This document shows positions 25,953 through 35,910 of a DNA stretch of 46,163 nt, one piece after another. The notes under the pieces were generated by a model. That model was given only the letters and a program-made list of their open reading frames with translations. It was not told the origin of the DNA and searched no databases. The stretch is from Patescibacteria group bacterium. Its GTDB lineage: Bacteria; Patescibacteriota; Microgenomatia; UBA1400; PJMF01. The DNA lies in the NCBI GenBank assembly GCA_019454415.1, contig JACFOI010000007.1, positions 1-46,163 on the forward strand, in the 5' to 3' direction. A program made the position numbers and the translations under genes. Numbering within the stretch: the first letter of the stretch is position 1; each line of letters opens with the position of its first letter.

Positions 25953-26986
25953 GTAAAGATCAGGAAGTTTCCATCAAGATAAGTCTCTCCACTCTCCTTT
26001 GGATTGCTGGTCTGATAGTCGGAGCATACTTTTTGTATCGTGTTCAACAGATCGTGATCACGATCCTTTTTTCAGTGATCGTGATGGCCGCACTTCGACC
26101 GGCTGAAAAGTGGTTAGTGCGTCGGCTGAAGTTTCCCAAGATCTTAGCAATTCTCGTGCTGTATGCATTGGTCATCCTGCTGATCTGTCTAGCATTCGCC
26201 CTGATCATTCCTTCGTTGGTGCACGAGCTACCGAACTTTGTGAGTGCTTTGGCTCTGCCACCATTTTTGGCGGACTTTGCATTCGGGAGTCTGAACGGGT
26301 TCGCATTGGATGGACTGAGTATCAGCGATTTGGGGACGATTATTCCTCAAATAGGTGTCTCATTTAACGCGGTCTATCGCATCATCAGCTCGACTTTCAG
26401 CGGCGTCTTCACCTTTGTCACAATCTTGGTGATGTCATGCTACATGATGCTCGACCGAGAGAACTTACATTTGAAAGTTGTTTGGTTTACCAGAGATAAA
26501 AAACATATAGAAATGGCCCGACAACTGTTGGATGACATTGAGATGCAGTTGGGTGGCTGGGTACGTGGCCAGTTGGCCTTGATGCTGATCATCGGTCTGA
26601 TCACGTATGTGGGTCTGCGGCTGCTCTCAATTCCCTACGCTTTACCACTGGCACTTGCTGCAGGTGCATTGGAAGTGCTGCCGAACTTAGGACCGACCAT
26701 CGCCGCAGTGCCAGCAATTGTCGTAGCCTACTTGACGCTTGGCCCGGCGATGGCACTTTTCGTGGTGTTGTTTTACATCCTAGTCCAGCAGTTTGAGAAT
26801 AACTTAATCGTGCCAAAAGTGATGAAAGACAATGCCGACGTTAATCCTTTGACGACGATCATCCTCATCTTGGTAGGTATAGAACTGGGTGGCGTAGTAG
26901 GAGCGCTGCTATCCGTCCCGATCTACATCGTTATTCGGAGTGTTTACTCGATGTGGTACCGGAATCACTACAAACTTCCGGCCTGA
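25946..26986 (+). CDS. AI-2E (PerM) family transporter
   Basis: LGGWVRGQL, EVLPNLGP, QQFENNLIVPKVM, GGVVGALLSVP; ATG 25946 is 6 nt after TATACT. Confidence 0.92.
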   Translation: MLSKDQEVSIKISLSTLLWIAGLIVGAYFLYRVQQIVITILFSVIVMAALRPAEKWLVRRLKFPKILAILVLYALVILLICLAFALIIPSLVHELPNFVSALALPPFLADFAFGSLNGFALDGLSISDLGTIIPQIGVSFNAVYRIISSTFSGVFTFVTILVMSCYMMLDRENLHLKVVWFTRDKKHIEMARQLLDDIEMQLGGWVRGQLALMLIIGLITYVGLRLLSIPYALPLALAAGALEVLPNLGPTIAAVPAIVVAYLTLGPAMALFVVLFYILVQQFENNLIVPKVMKDNADVNPLTTIILILVGIELGGVVGALLSVPIYIVIRSVYSMWYRNHYKLPA

Positions 26987-27015
26987 TTTTTCCTCGACTA
27001 TAACGTATAATACGG

Positions 27016-27356
27016 GTGTGTGGCCGAACGATGGCCTTCTCTTCCTTTGGAGGAGAGGGAGGAAAGTCCGGACAGCAGAACATAGGGTGTCTTGCGAAAG
27101 CAAGAGGGTTGGCTACTGCAAGGTAATCAACAACAGTCGAGCAACAGTGACGATACGGGTGGCGCCGTGTGAAACGACCAAGCTTCTGGGTACGGTCTTC
27201 CCTGTCAAGGAAGGTGCCGTGGCAATCCTCCCCGCTGCAACTGACGAACTTCACCTGAATCGAGATGTTCCGTATAGGTCGCAAGACCGAGGTGATAAAG
27301 CTGCAGGCATTAGAGAAATCATCGTAAGAACAGAATCCGGCTTACGAGCCACACAC
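27016..27356 (+). ncRNA. rnpB: RNase P RNA
   Basis: P1 GTGTGTGGC/GCCACACAC, P2 ACGATG/CATCGT, conserved GAGGAAAGTCC and AACAGAATCCGGCTTA (P4), GTGTGAAAC; TATAAT immediately upstream. Confidence 0.96.
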
Positions 27357-27426
27357 AATTTGCTTGAATAGTTGGCCAAAAGGTGGGGTAAAATGCTAAC
27401 TATTCAGATATGCGATAAGGAGAGAT

Positions 27427-28119
27427 ATGGACGCTGTTCCTAGTTCCTGGCAAGACTCACTCAGTTTAGGTTTAACTTACACTGTTGCCCAAATCTCCAG
27501 TTACCTCCCTACTCTTTTGGCGGCTGTGGTGGTATTGGTGGTCGGCCTTATTCTCGCTAGATTAGTCCGAAGTATTGTCCTTCGCGGTCTGGGAGCACTG
27601 CGTGTTTCCAAAATCCTAGATAAAACTCCGATTGAGTTGTTCCTGAAGAATGATGAGTTGGGAGTAAAGCTGGAAGAAGGTATTGCCAATATTATTTATT
27701 GGCTGCTACTCTTCCTGGTACTTCACACCACAGTGTCGGTGCTCGGGCTTGTTCAGTTATCTGAAGTCTTGAACTTGATTCTGTACTATCTCCCGCACGT
27801 CTTCTCTGCGTTGGTGATCTTTCTGTTTAGTGTTCTGCTCGCAGGTGTTGCCGAGACGTTTGTGAAGAGCTCACTGCGACGGCTGGATATTCAAAGCGCC
27901 CGTTTGTTTGCCAAGGTTGCCAGCTACATGGTTGTGACTGTCGGGAGTCTGGCTGCAATTGCTGAGCTGGGAATTGCCAGTCAGTTTATCTTTATCTTGT
28001 TCCAAGGAGTCGTTGCTGCGTTTGCGTTGGGAACGGGACTGGCTGTTGGTTTGGGCGGCAAGTCAACGGTTGAGAAGATGCTCAACAACTGGCAGAAGCA
28101 AGACGAAAAGACTCAGTAG
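27427..28119 (+). CDS. CmpX/MscS-associated conserved TM-helix repeat protein
   Basis: Repeated YLPTLLAAVVVLVVG / YLPHVFSALVIF motif; ALGTGLAVGLGGK; SD AAGGAG. Confidence 0.8.
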   Translation: MDAVPSSWQDSLSLGLTYTVAQISSYLPTLLAAVVVLVVGLILARLVRSIVLRGLGALRVSKILDKTPIELFLKNDELGVKLEEGIANIIYWLLLFLVLHTTVSVLGLVQLSEVLNLILYYLPHVFSALVIFLFSVLLAGVAETFVKSSLRRLDIQSARLFAKVASYMVVTVGSLAAIAELGIASQFIFILFQGVVAAFALGTGLAVGLGGKSTVEKMLNNWQKQDEKTQ

Positions 28120-28133
28120 GTTAGTCGTCATTT

Positions 28134-29648
28134 TCATAGTTCCCGGAAGTCTGCGGCTTCTTGAAGATATTCAGGTAGAATGGTGGCGGACTCTTCCAAA
28201 TCTGCAATAGTTTGGGCCACTCTGAGCAACGACCAGTATCCCCTGCTAGTTAAGTCCTTTTGGAATGAGATTTTACGCAGTGTTTGTTGTGCTTTGAAGG
28301 GAAGCTGCAAGCTTTCTTTGAGCTGCGTAGATGTTAACTGGTGAACGGTCGTACAGTTAAAACGTGCATATCGCTGCTGTTGATGCTGGCGGCAACGAGT
28401 AATGGATCGGCGAAGACTGTTGAGTGCGTCTCCATTATTTTGGGTGCTGTATGTGTCTGCAAACAGCTGCCGCTCTTGGTCAACGCGGAGCTGGAGATCG
28501 AAACGATCTAAAAGTGGTCCCGAGAGTTTTTGGCGATAGCGATCTACTGTTCCGGGTGAACAGGTACACGGTTTGTGACCTGATCCAAAGTAACCACAGG
28601 GGCAAGGATTGGTAGCGGCAACCAGAGTAGTGGCAGCGGGAAAGCTGGTCCGGCCACTACTCAGTGAAAGAGTGACTCGTTTTTCTTCGAGTGGTTGCCG
28701 GAGCATATCAAGCAGGTTTCCGGGAAACTCCAAAAGCTCGTCCAGAAAAAGAACACCGTGGTGTGCCAGCGAGAGTTCGCCCGGCTTGAGTGGATTCCCA
28801 CCACCTAGAAGGCCTGTTCGAGAGATTGAATGATGCGGAGAACGGAAAGGCCGTTCCTGCACCAGTGACTGGGGCGAAAGTCCAGCCACAGAATGTACGG
28901 CGGTGAGTTCTATGCTCTCCTGCTCATTGAGCGGAGGCAGTAATTCAGGCAGTGTTCTAGCAAGCTGCGTTTTCCCGGAACCGGGTGGACCTATCATCAG
29001 CAGATGATGGCCGCCTGCGGCGGCCAACACCAGTGCTCGTTTGACTTTTTCTTGACCAACAATTTGTGAAAAAACCGAAAGTGTGGAAGTAGCTGCAACA
29101 GACTGAAACGACTGGGGCAGCACGCGCTTCAACCTCAACTCTTCCCTCTTTCCAATCATAAATAGCTCCTTGAGATGTTCTATGACAAAGATTTCAATCC
29201 CACGAATGGTACTGACTTCGGGCCAGTTCAGTTTGGGAATGACAACTCTGCCGAATCCCAGTTTTTTCGCTCCGAGTACCAATGGCAGAACTCCTGGTAC
29301 TGGTTTGATCTGTCCGTCGAGGGCCAGCTCTCCCAGAAAGATCGTCCTTTCTGTAGAGAATGAAAGCTCCCCATACATCTTCAGCAGACCGATGATGATT
29401 GCCAGGTCAAAAGCTGTGCCCGACTTTGGTACTGAGGCAGGGGCCAGATTAACGATTGTCCGTTTACTTCGGACGCGAATACCGCAGTTATGCAAGGCAG
29501 ACGTAATTCGCTCTTTGGCCTCTTCGACCGCCCGCGACGCAAGTCCGATCAGGATAAACTGCGGAATACCTTGTTTACCATCCACTTCTACTTCCACAGG
29601 ATAAACATCCAGTCCCAAGTGAGCGGCTGTATAGGTGCGGGTGACCAT
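28134..29648 (-). CDS. comM: YifB/ComM Mg-chelatase-like AAA+ ATPase
   Basis: VNLAPA..PKSG..FDLAI, GELALDG, GPPGSGKT, PFRSPHH, PGELSLAHHGVLFLDE, NPCPCG, SGPLLDRFD, RVAQTIADL. Confidence 0.95.
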   Translation of the reverse strand: MVTRTYTAAHLGLDVYPVEVEVDGKQGIPQFILIGLASRAVEEAKERITSALHNCGIRVRSKRTIVNLAPASVPKSGTAFDLAIIIGLLKMYGELSFSTERTIFLGELALDGQIKPVPGVLPLVLGAKKLGFGRVVIPKLNWPEVSTIRGIEIFVIEHLKELFMIGKREELRLKRVLPQSFQSVAATSTLSVFSQIVGQEKVKRALVLAAAGGHHLLMIGPPGSGKTQLARTLPELLPPLNEQESIELTAVHSVAGLSPQSLVQERPFRSPHHSISRTGLLGGGNPLKPGELSLAHHGVLFLDELLEFPGNLLDMLRQPLEEKRVTLSLSSGRTSFPAATTLVAATNPCPCGYFGSGHKPCTCSPGTVDRYRQKLSGPLLDRFDLQLRVDQERQLFADTYSTQNNGDALNSLRRSITRCRQHQQQRYARFNCTTVHQLTSTQLKESLQLPFKAQQTLRKISFQKDLTSRGYWSLLRVAQTIADLEESATILPEYLQEAADFREL

Positions 29649-29723
29649 AGAGAGAGTTATAAAGTAGAGCTGTAACAGGAAGCTTTACTCCGCAGTTCGT
29701 GTCGTCGTGTATCCTAGGGTTTG

Positions 29724-31103
29724 TTATGGTCGCCGAATCAGGAAGTAACTTTGATTGCTCTCCAGTACAACAAAAGGAATTTGATCTCTTTCCAAGTCGC
29801 TTTTGTACTGTTGATTAATGATGAAGACATCGTCTGTCGATCCAAGGAGGGCAAGCATCTTTTGATAGGCACGTCCGTCCCAGTGGAGAGCGTCGATCGG
29901 CTTTCGGGAATAGAACACTGCAGCAGGATAAAAGGTATCCATCAAGTGAATCGTATCGTACTTCCCTGCTTTGAGTGAGATATCTTTTTCGACACTAAAG
30001 ACAGGCTCGGGCATGTACACCAGATTTGAGAACTGATGAAATTGGAAAACAGACAGCACGACAAAACCAGCCACAACGAGGTATGTCAAAAACTTCTTCT
30101 TGGGAAAGATACTGCGCAAAACAGTAAAGATAAAAAATGAGGTACAGAGAGCGACCGGTGGATAGAGCGGTAGCAAGTGCCAAACAGCTGTCTCACTGGA
30201 AAGCAGAAAAGGCACAAATCCCAGCAGCCAAACTAACAGCGTCACACTCTTGGTACGGGTGGACTTCTTCAACACTCCCGCGATTGCCAATCCCAGCGAC
30301 AACAGGAAAATCTTAAACCACTTGCCAACGCCGATTGCCAGGTACTGTGTTTTTGAAAGGATGGCTGACAGCGCAAAACTGTTGCTGGATCCACGTGTCC
30401 CAATCTCAATAAAATGATGAGTGAGAAAGTTGTGGTCCCGTAACTGGTTAGCCACGTACCACGGCAGGACGAGAGCAAAGTACAGAGCTAGTGCCTGAAG
30501 AATTTCTATAGCTTTGAACTCTTTTCGGCGAGTGTAGACAATGAAAATGATCACCGGCAGGAGGCCGAAGCCGACCAAAGTTTTAGTGAGTATCAGTGCA
30601 GCAAAGCTGAACGCACCCAGCCAGAGCGCTCGCTTGCCTTTGAGCAGCAATACATAGACCGTTGCAATCTCAAAAAAAAGAAACGGAACATCCAGGTTGC
30701 CGGACCGGGTGCGGATGACAAACCACAGGCTGGAGAATAACACTGCACTGGCTCCGATCCCGACTGCTCTTCCGCCCAGTTTTTTACCCAGCAAATACAG
30801 CAGGATCAAACAGCCCACACCTGAGATCACTGAAGTCAGACGAGCGGTAAACTCCGAGACACCAAGCCCGGCCATCGTTAATGCCATCAGGATATAGCCA
30901 AATGGCGGATGGTCGATGAAGATCTGGTTATTAAATGTCAGGGTGAGCGGATTTTTGGAAATGATCAGGTTTCGTGCGATCTGGCTATACCATGCTTCAT
31001 CGTAACTGGTGAGCGCGGTGTAACCCAGATGAAACGTGAAGAGATAAAGAAGAATCCCAGTAACAACGATGAGCCCAACGTGTTCAAGGCTTAGTTTACG
31101 CAT
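29724..31103 (-). CDS. ArnT/PMT (GT-C) family glycosyltransferase
   Basis: YDEAWY, DHPP, EFTARL, LTK motifs and many TMs; start at ATG 31103, 7 nt after TACAAT. Confidence 0.85.
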   Translation of the reverse strand: MRKLSLEHVGLIVVTGILLYLFTFHLGYTALTSYDEAWYSQIARNLIISKNPLTLTFNNQIFIDHPPFGYILMALTMAGLGVSEFTARLTSVISGVGCLILLYLLGKKLGGRAVGIGASAVLFSSLWFVIRTRSGNLDVPFLFFEIATVYVLLLKGKRALWLGAFSFAALILTKTLVGFGLLPVIIFIVYTRRKEFKAIEILQALALYFALVLPWYVANQLRDHNFLTHHFIEIGTRGSSNSFALSAILSKTQYLAIGVGKWFKIFLLSLGLAIAGVLKKSTRTKSVTLLVWLLGFVPFLLSSETAVWHLLPLYPPVALCTSFFIFTVLRSIFPKKKFLTYLVVAGFVVLSVFQFHQFSNLVYMPEPVFSVEKDISLKAGKYDTIHLMDTFYPAAVFYSRKPIDALHWDGRAYQKMLALLGSTDDVFIINQQYKSDLERDQIPFVVLESNQSYFLIRRP

Positions 31104-31124
31104 GAAGAACATTGTACACGGTGT

Positions 31125-32168
31125 CTACCGTCCGACTTGCTCCACTAACCGACAGCAGTAGCCGAACTCGTTGTCATACCAAGCGATCACTTTGACCAAG
31201 TCGCCGTCGATCACCTGGGTTAGCTCCAAGTCAACGATGGCGCTTTCCGGGCGACCGATGATGTCGCGGGAAACTAGTGATTCACCAGCTTCGCTGACGG
31301 CCAGGATACCCTTCCAGCGGGGTTGCTGCGTGGCATCACGCATGGCTTGATTGACTTCTTCCACAGAGGTCTTGCGTTTAGTGACAAAGACCATGTCCGA
31401 AAGTGAGCCGACAGGTGTAGGAACACGCATTGATAAACCATCGAACAGACCTTTGAGCTCCGGAATGACTTCGGTGGTAGCAATCGCCGCGCCCGTTGAG
31501 GTCGGGACGATGTTCAAGGCTGCGGCGCGGGCGCGGCGCATATCTCTGTGAGAGTTGTCATGCAAATTCTGGTCATCAGTGTATGAATGAATGGTCGTCA
31601 ACATTGCCTTGGCCACTCCAAATACTGAGTGCATGACTGCTGCGACTGGCGAGATACAGTTGGTGGTGCAGGAGGCGTTGGACATGATTGCACCTGGTTC
31701 GCCTGTCTCATTAACACCAATGACATTGGTGGGAACTCCCTCACCCTTAGCTGGTGCAGAGATGATCACTTTTTGTGCACCTCCCTGCAAGTGAAGGCCA
31801 GCTTTATCAGCCGAGGTAAAGACACCAGTGGACTCGATCACTGTTTGAACTCCTAAGCTTCCCCAAGGAATCTTAGCCGGATCGCGTTGCGCGGTGACCG
31901 TAATGGTTCGTCCACCGATAGAAATCGTCCCGATGACAGAGTTCTCCTCGGTCACTTCTTTGGGCGACTGGGTTTCAGTGTAGGTGATAGGTTCAGTAAA
32001 AATACCGTAGTTCGAGTCGTACTTAAGTAAATGGACCCAGTCCTTAACTGGCATAGATCCAGAGGTATTGATCGCCTTCAACTCCAGTCTGTCACGGTGA
32101 TACATCCACCAGATTCGGAATGCTGTCCGACCAATTCGACCAAAACCGTTAATGCCAAATGTATTCAT
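31125..32168 (-). CDS. gap: Glyceraldehyde-3-phosphate dehydrogenase, type I
   Basis: GINGFGRIGR, SNASCTTNC, PTSTGAA, RVPTP, WYDNEFGY; SD GGAGG. Confidence 0.98.
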   Translation of the reverse strand: MNTFGINGFGRIGRTAFRIWWMYHRDRLELKAINTSGSMPVKDWVHLLKYDSNYGIFTEPITYTETQSPKEVTEENSVIGTISIGGRTITVTAQRDPAKIPWGSLGVQTVIESTGVFTSADKAGLHLQGGAQKVIISAPAKGEGVPTNVIGVNETGEPGAIMSNASCTTNCISPVAAVMHSVFGVAKAMLTTIHSYTDDQNLHDNSHRDMRRARAAALNIVPTSTGAAIATTEVIPELKGLFDGLSMRVPTPVGSLSDMVFVTKRKTSVEEVNQAMRDATQQPRWKGILAVSEAGESLVSRDIIGRPESAIVDLELTQVIDGDLVKVIAWYDNEFGYCCRLVEQVGR

Positions 32169-32255
32169 AGTGATCCTCCGCGGCTCTCTCTGTATACTGT
32201 GTCAGAATCAACACCTACTCTATCATTTCTTCTCGGAACGATTCCAGACCAAAAT

Positions 32256-32981
32256 ATGCAAGATCTTCCTAATCTTCGTCCGTTGTGTAGCGACCCTTTC
32301 TCCCCAGCAGACCTGCTGGATGCCCTTCGTGGACATGGTGAGTTGGCACGCTTGATGGCAGCTTCGGCTGAAGTCTGGGAAGGATACACGGTTGAACAGC
32401 ACACTGAGATGGTCATGAATGTTTTTGAAAAGTTTTGGGGGCGATTTTTTGATCAGGAGGGAAAAATCTTCTGGCGACTTCTGTTGTTGACGCATGACAT
32501 CGGTAAACCGGTAGCAGTTGAGAAGTACGGCACAAAAGACCGCCAACATGAGACCACTTGGCCGATCATGAAAGAGGTGATGGCTGCTGCCCAGTGTAGC
32601 GAACTTGAACTGAAACGAGCAAAAGTACTGCTGCAGCAGGATGTTCTGGGAGAGTACTTTAAGGATAAAATAGATAAAGACAATGCAGTCCAACAGGTTC
32701 TAGATATTCAAAAACAAGGACAGTGGACAATTGAAGAGGCGTTATTCCGGTTGAAAGTTTTTTTCTGTTCTGATGCTGGTGGCTACACCACTTTTGCGGG
32801 TGGGATCTACTCACTTGATTACCTTTTTGAAGTTGATGAAGACCAAAAAGTGATGGAGTTCTCAAATACACACAACGACCGGCCTGAGTATCAACAGTTT
32901 ACGACTTTTGGGAAGTTTCAGTTGCTTGCCGCAGCTGCTTCAGCCTCATCGGCGGCCTCAATGGCCGGTAAGCTGCGGTGA
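32256..32981 (+). CDS. HD-domain phosphohydrolase
   Basis: YTVEQHT...LLTHDIGKP...QH...CSD; start at ATG 32256 to avoid overlapping gap. Confidence 0.75.
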   Translation: MQDLPNLRPLCSDPFSPADLLDALRGHGELARLMAASAEVWEGYTVEQHTEMVMNVFEKFWGRFFDQEGKIFWRLLLLTHDIGKPVAVEKYGTKDRQHETTWPIMKEVMAAAQCSELELKRAKVLLQQDVLGEYFKDKIDKDNAVQQVLDIQKQGQWTIEEALFRLKVFFCSDAGGYTTFAGGIYSLDYLFEVDEDQKVMEFSNTHNDRPEYQQFTTFGKFQLLAAAASASSAASMAGKLR

Positions 32982-33973
32982 GCCAAGTAGTGCATCATCG
33001 CTCCGCCCCCTGAGCTGATGTGACTGAAGTTTCCCGGTTCTTCCAGATCAAGAACTGTTAAGGCAGACTCGGTGTCCCCGCCCCCGATCAGACTGAATGC
33101 ACCAGTCTGGGTAGCACCGATCACGGCTCCGGCTACAGTTTTCGTTCCCTCAATGTGTTCACCGTCTTCAAACTTGCCCATTGGACCGTTCCAGACAATG
33201 GTTTGAGCTTGCGAAATCCGAGCTGCAAAGTCTTGTGCAGCTGTTTCGGAGATATCGAAAGTATCTTCCGTAATCCCGGCAATCACCATTTTTTGTTTGA
33301 GCGCATCACTGTAGTTGAGCTGACTCTGATTGGCTTCGACTGCCAGCTTTCCTCCGACTAAAATGACATCGACCAGGTCGGCCATCTTCTCCAGAAGAGG
33401 CAGCTTGGTCTCCAGCTTTGCTCCGCCTAAGATAAAGACAAACGGTCGGGCAGGATCGTTCAAGATCCGGCGAAAGGCGTGCATCTCTCTCTCAAACTGG
33501 AATCCGAACACCGTGGGCAAAACCTGGGGCAAGGTCACGATAGAAGTATGCTTGCGATGGGAAGTAGCAAATGCGTCATTCACAAATAAGTCATGGCCAG
33601 CGGCCAGCTCTCGGGCAAAGACCAGACTCCCTTCTTCCTCGCGGCTGTCAAAACGGAGGTTCTCTTTGATGGTCAGCCACGAACGCAGCTCACCTTCCTC
33701 AAAGTTACTCATGGTCGGTTGTTTGAGTAGTCCCCGGTAGAGGAGCTCAGCAATCGGTTCAAGTGAAAAATCCACACTCTTTTCCGGTTCATGACCGCGG
33801 TGAGCAATCACGGTCACGTCCTTAGCTTTACGCTGCCAAAGGTCAATCAGCGTATCAAATCCATCCTCCATCCGCGTTGTATCAAAGAGACCGTCCGCAT
33901 TTCGGGGTAAATCAAGATCCAGTCGGACAAGAACGGAAAGTTGGCCGGGGTCTATGTTGCGAAGAAACTGCAT
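32918..33973 (-). CDS. pgk: Phosphoglycerate kinase (shortened, divergent)
   Basis: ENLRF, FVNDAFATSHRKHTS, LGGAK..TK, WNGPMGKFE, GGGDT, HISSGGGA. Confidence 0.93.
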   Translation of the reverse strand: MQFLRNIDPGQLSVLVRLDLDLPRNADGLFDTTRMEDGFDTLIDLWQRKAKDVTVIAHRGHEPEKSVDFSLEPIAELLYRGLLKQPTMSNFEEGELRSWLTIKENLRFDSREEEGSLVFARELAAGHDLFVNDAFATSHRKHTSIVTLPQVLPTVFGFQFEREMHAFRRILNDPARPFVFILGGAKLETKLPLLEKMADLVDVILVGGKLAVEANQSQLNYSDALKQKMVIAGITEDTFDISETAAQDFAARISQAQTIVWNGPMGKFEDGEHIEGTKTVAGAVIGATQTGAFSLIGGGDTESALTVLDLEEPGNFSHISSGGGAMMHYLAHRSLPAIEAADEAEAAAASN

Positions 33974-34044
33974 GGCACCACCATATCATGCTCTGCTGTA
34001 TAGCGGCAACGATAAGCTCTGCCCTCTCTCTATTTAGACAAAAT

Positions 34045-34785
34045 TTAAGCAAACTCGGTTTTGACGTCGTTGCTGACGTAGGTACCGATGTCCTCACCCT
34101 GAATTGCTTTTTCCAAGTTGTTGTCTTTGAACAGCTCGAAGACCATCACCGGCATGTTGTTATCACTACTCATGGCCAACGCGGCAGTGTCCATCACTTC
34201 AACTCCGGGCATGGAGATCGCGTCTGCAAAGCTCAAAGTTTTGAAACGTTTGGCGTCAGGATTCTGGACAGGATCCTTGTCATAAATGCCGTCGACTTTG
34301 GTCGCTTTCATAAAGACGTCACAGTGTAACTCCAGTGCATGAAGCGACGCACCGGTGTCCGTCGTCACGTATGGCACGCCGGTGCCGGCAGCCAGAATCA
34401 CGACGCGACCTTTTTCCATATGTCGGATAGCGCGGCGACGAATGAAACGTTCAGCAACTGATGGCATTTCCAGTGCAGACTGGACGCGCGTCGGGACGCC
34501 AATTTTTTCCAGCGCATCCTGCAGTGCTAAGGCGTTCATCACCGTTGCCAACATTCCCATGTAGTCAGCAGTAGCTCGATCAATTCCGTTTTTCTCCCCT
34601 GCCATGCCGCGGAAGATATTTCCCCCACCGATCACTACGGCGATTTCGACACCTTCATCGTGGATTTTCTTGATTTGTTCAGCCACCGTCATGGCTGCTC
34701 TGGGATCTATACCGTACTCTCGTTCTCCAATCAAAGACTCTCCACCCACCTTGAGCATGATTCGTTTGAAACGAGCATTTGGCAT
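34045..34785 (-). CDS. pyrH: Uridylate kinase
   Basis: KVGGESL, VIGGGNIFRG, ADYMGMLATVMN, TTDT, KATKVDGIYDKDP; ATG 34785 with SD GGAGG. Confidence 0.97.
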   Translation of the reverse strand: MPNARFKRIMLKVGGESLIGEREYGIDPRAAMTVAEQIKKIHDEGVEIAVVIGGGNIFRGMAGEKNGIDRATADYMGMLATVMNALALQDALEKIGVPTRVQSALEMPSVAERFIRRRAIRHMEKGRVVILAAGTGVPYVTTDTGASLHALELHCDVFMKATKVDGIYDKDPVQNPDAKRFKTLSFADAISMPGVEVMDTAALAMSSDNNMPVMVFELFKDNNLEKAIQGEDIGTYVSNDVKTEFA

Positions 34786-34795
34786 ACTGCCTCCC

Positions 34796-35827
34796 TTATT
34801 TTCGGAACTTTGCTTTAAGACGTAAAAACGTCCAACGCAGATTCTCCGCCAGCCGGAATACCGGATACATGGATGAATTAATAACAACGTCGTACGAGCC
34901 GATGAACTCCACCAGCTCGCCGCCAAACCCTTTTTTGAAACGATGAAAGCCGAACCACGGATCTTTCTCATCCGGCTCGGGACCAAGTGCGCCCCACATA
35001 TCAAACATCTTGCAGCCGTTGGCTTTGCCGAACTTGATCATCTCCCACATCATTAAGTTGCTGGCCATCACGTCACGATGAATACTGCGAGAGGCACCAT
35101 ACGGATAGTACAAGATACCATTGAAGATAAACATGATCCAGGAAACGAGCACTGTTCCCTGGTAGTTAGCCTCAAAGATCCGCATTGTGCCGGTTTTGCC
35201 GAGGGTCTGCCACATGTCTCTAAAGTACTGCGGCGAGTGGGCGTAGAATCCCTGACGGCTAGTTGTCTCTGCCAGAATCTCAAGATGACGCTCCAGCCCT
35301 TCCTCAGTGCTGTTTTCATAGATCTCTACCCCTTTTTTGAAAGCAAGGTTAACGTTGTAGCGGGTCTTACTGGACAGCTGGGCAAATAGCTTTTCCTCAG
35401 AGGGGCGAAGGTCTAGCTGGAAGGTGTATTTGGTAAAAAGTGGCCGGCCAGGCTGTGCACCTTGAGAGACTAAGAACTTTTTAACTTCATCAAAGGCAGA
35501 GACGCCGTTGACAGGTTGGGCGACATTTGGCTCCATCTTGACAAAGATCGCTCCGTGGCGTTTGCCCAGCTGTTGCACAGCACTCATCTGTTCTTCGTCA
35601 GGCATCGGCCCTTTTGGAAAGTAGCCGGCGGTCCCGTTGAAGTGTGGGATTTTATGAAAAAAGATCTGTAGCGCGTGGACCAGTTTGCCGTTATCAAAGA
35701 AACCGACGCGCTCAACCTCTACTCCGGTTTTCTTCCGGAACTCTCCCCATGCCCATGACTGTAAAGGATGTTGCACCGTTTGGTCGTAGATGGGACGTTC
35801 TTCTTCACGAATCGGTCTGAGGAGCAT
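34796..35827 (-). CDS. FemABX-family peptidoglycan aminoacyltransferase
   Basis: HPLQSWAWGEF, PKGP, KTRYNV..A.KKGV, YPYGAS, FDMWG, GFHRFKKGFGG. Confidence 0.92.
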   Translation of the reverse strand: MLLRPIREEERPIYDQTVQHPLQSWAWGEFRKKTGVEVERVGFFDNGKLVHALQIFFHKIPHFNGTAGYFPKGPMPDEEQMSAVQQLGKRHGAIFVKMEPNVAQPVNGVSAFDEVKKFLVSQGAQPGRPLFTKYTFQLDLRPSEEKLFAQLSSKTRYNVNLAFKKGVEIYENSTEEGLERHLEILAETTSRQGFYAHSPQYFRDMWQTLGKTGTMRIFEANYQGTVLVSWIMFIFNGILYYPYGASRSIHRDVMASNLMMWEMIKFGKANGCKMFDMWGALGPEPDEKDPWFGFHRFKKGFGGELVEFIGSYDVVINSSMYPVFRLAENLRWTFLRLKAKFRK

Positions 35828-35910
35828 AGCCTCGACATTATAACAAGTTCTCTGGAGGACAGATACTTGTTTTTATCTGCTATAACAGAAGATAAAGAGC
35901 GATAGAGCGT

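Noticed and set aside
26931-27371. ORFs 26940-27371 (+) and 26931-27284 (-)
   Set aside because: They coincide with the RNase P RNA and have no protein features.
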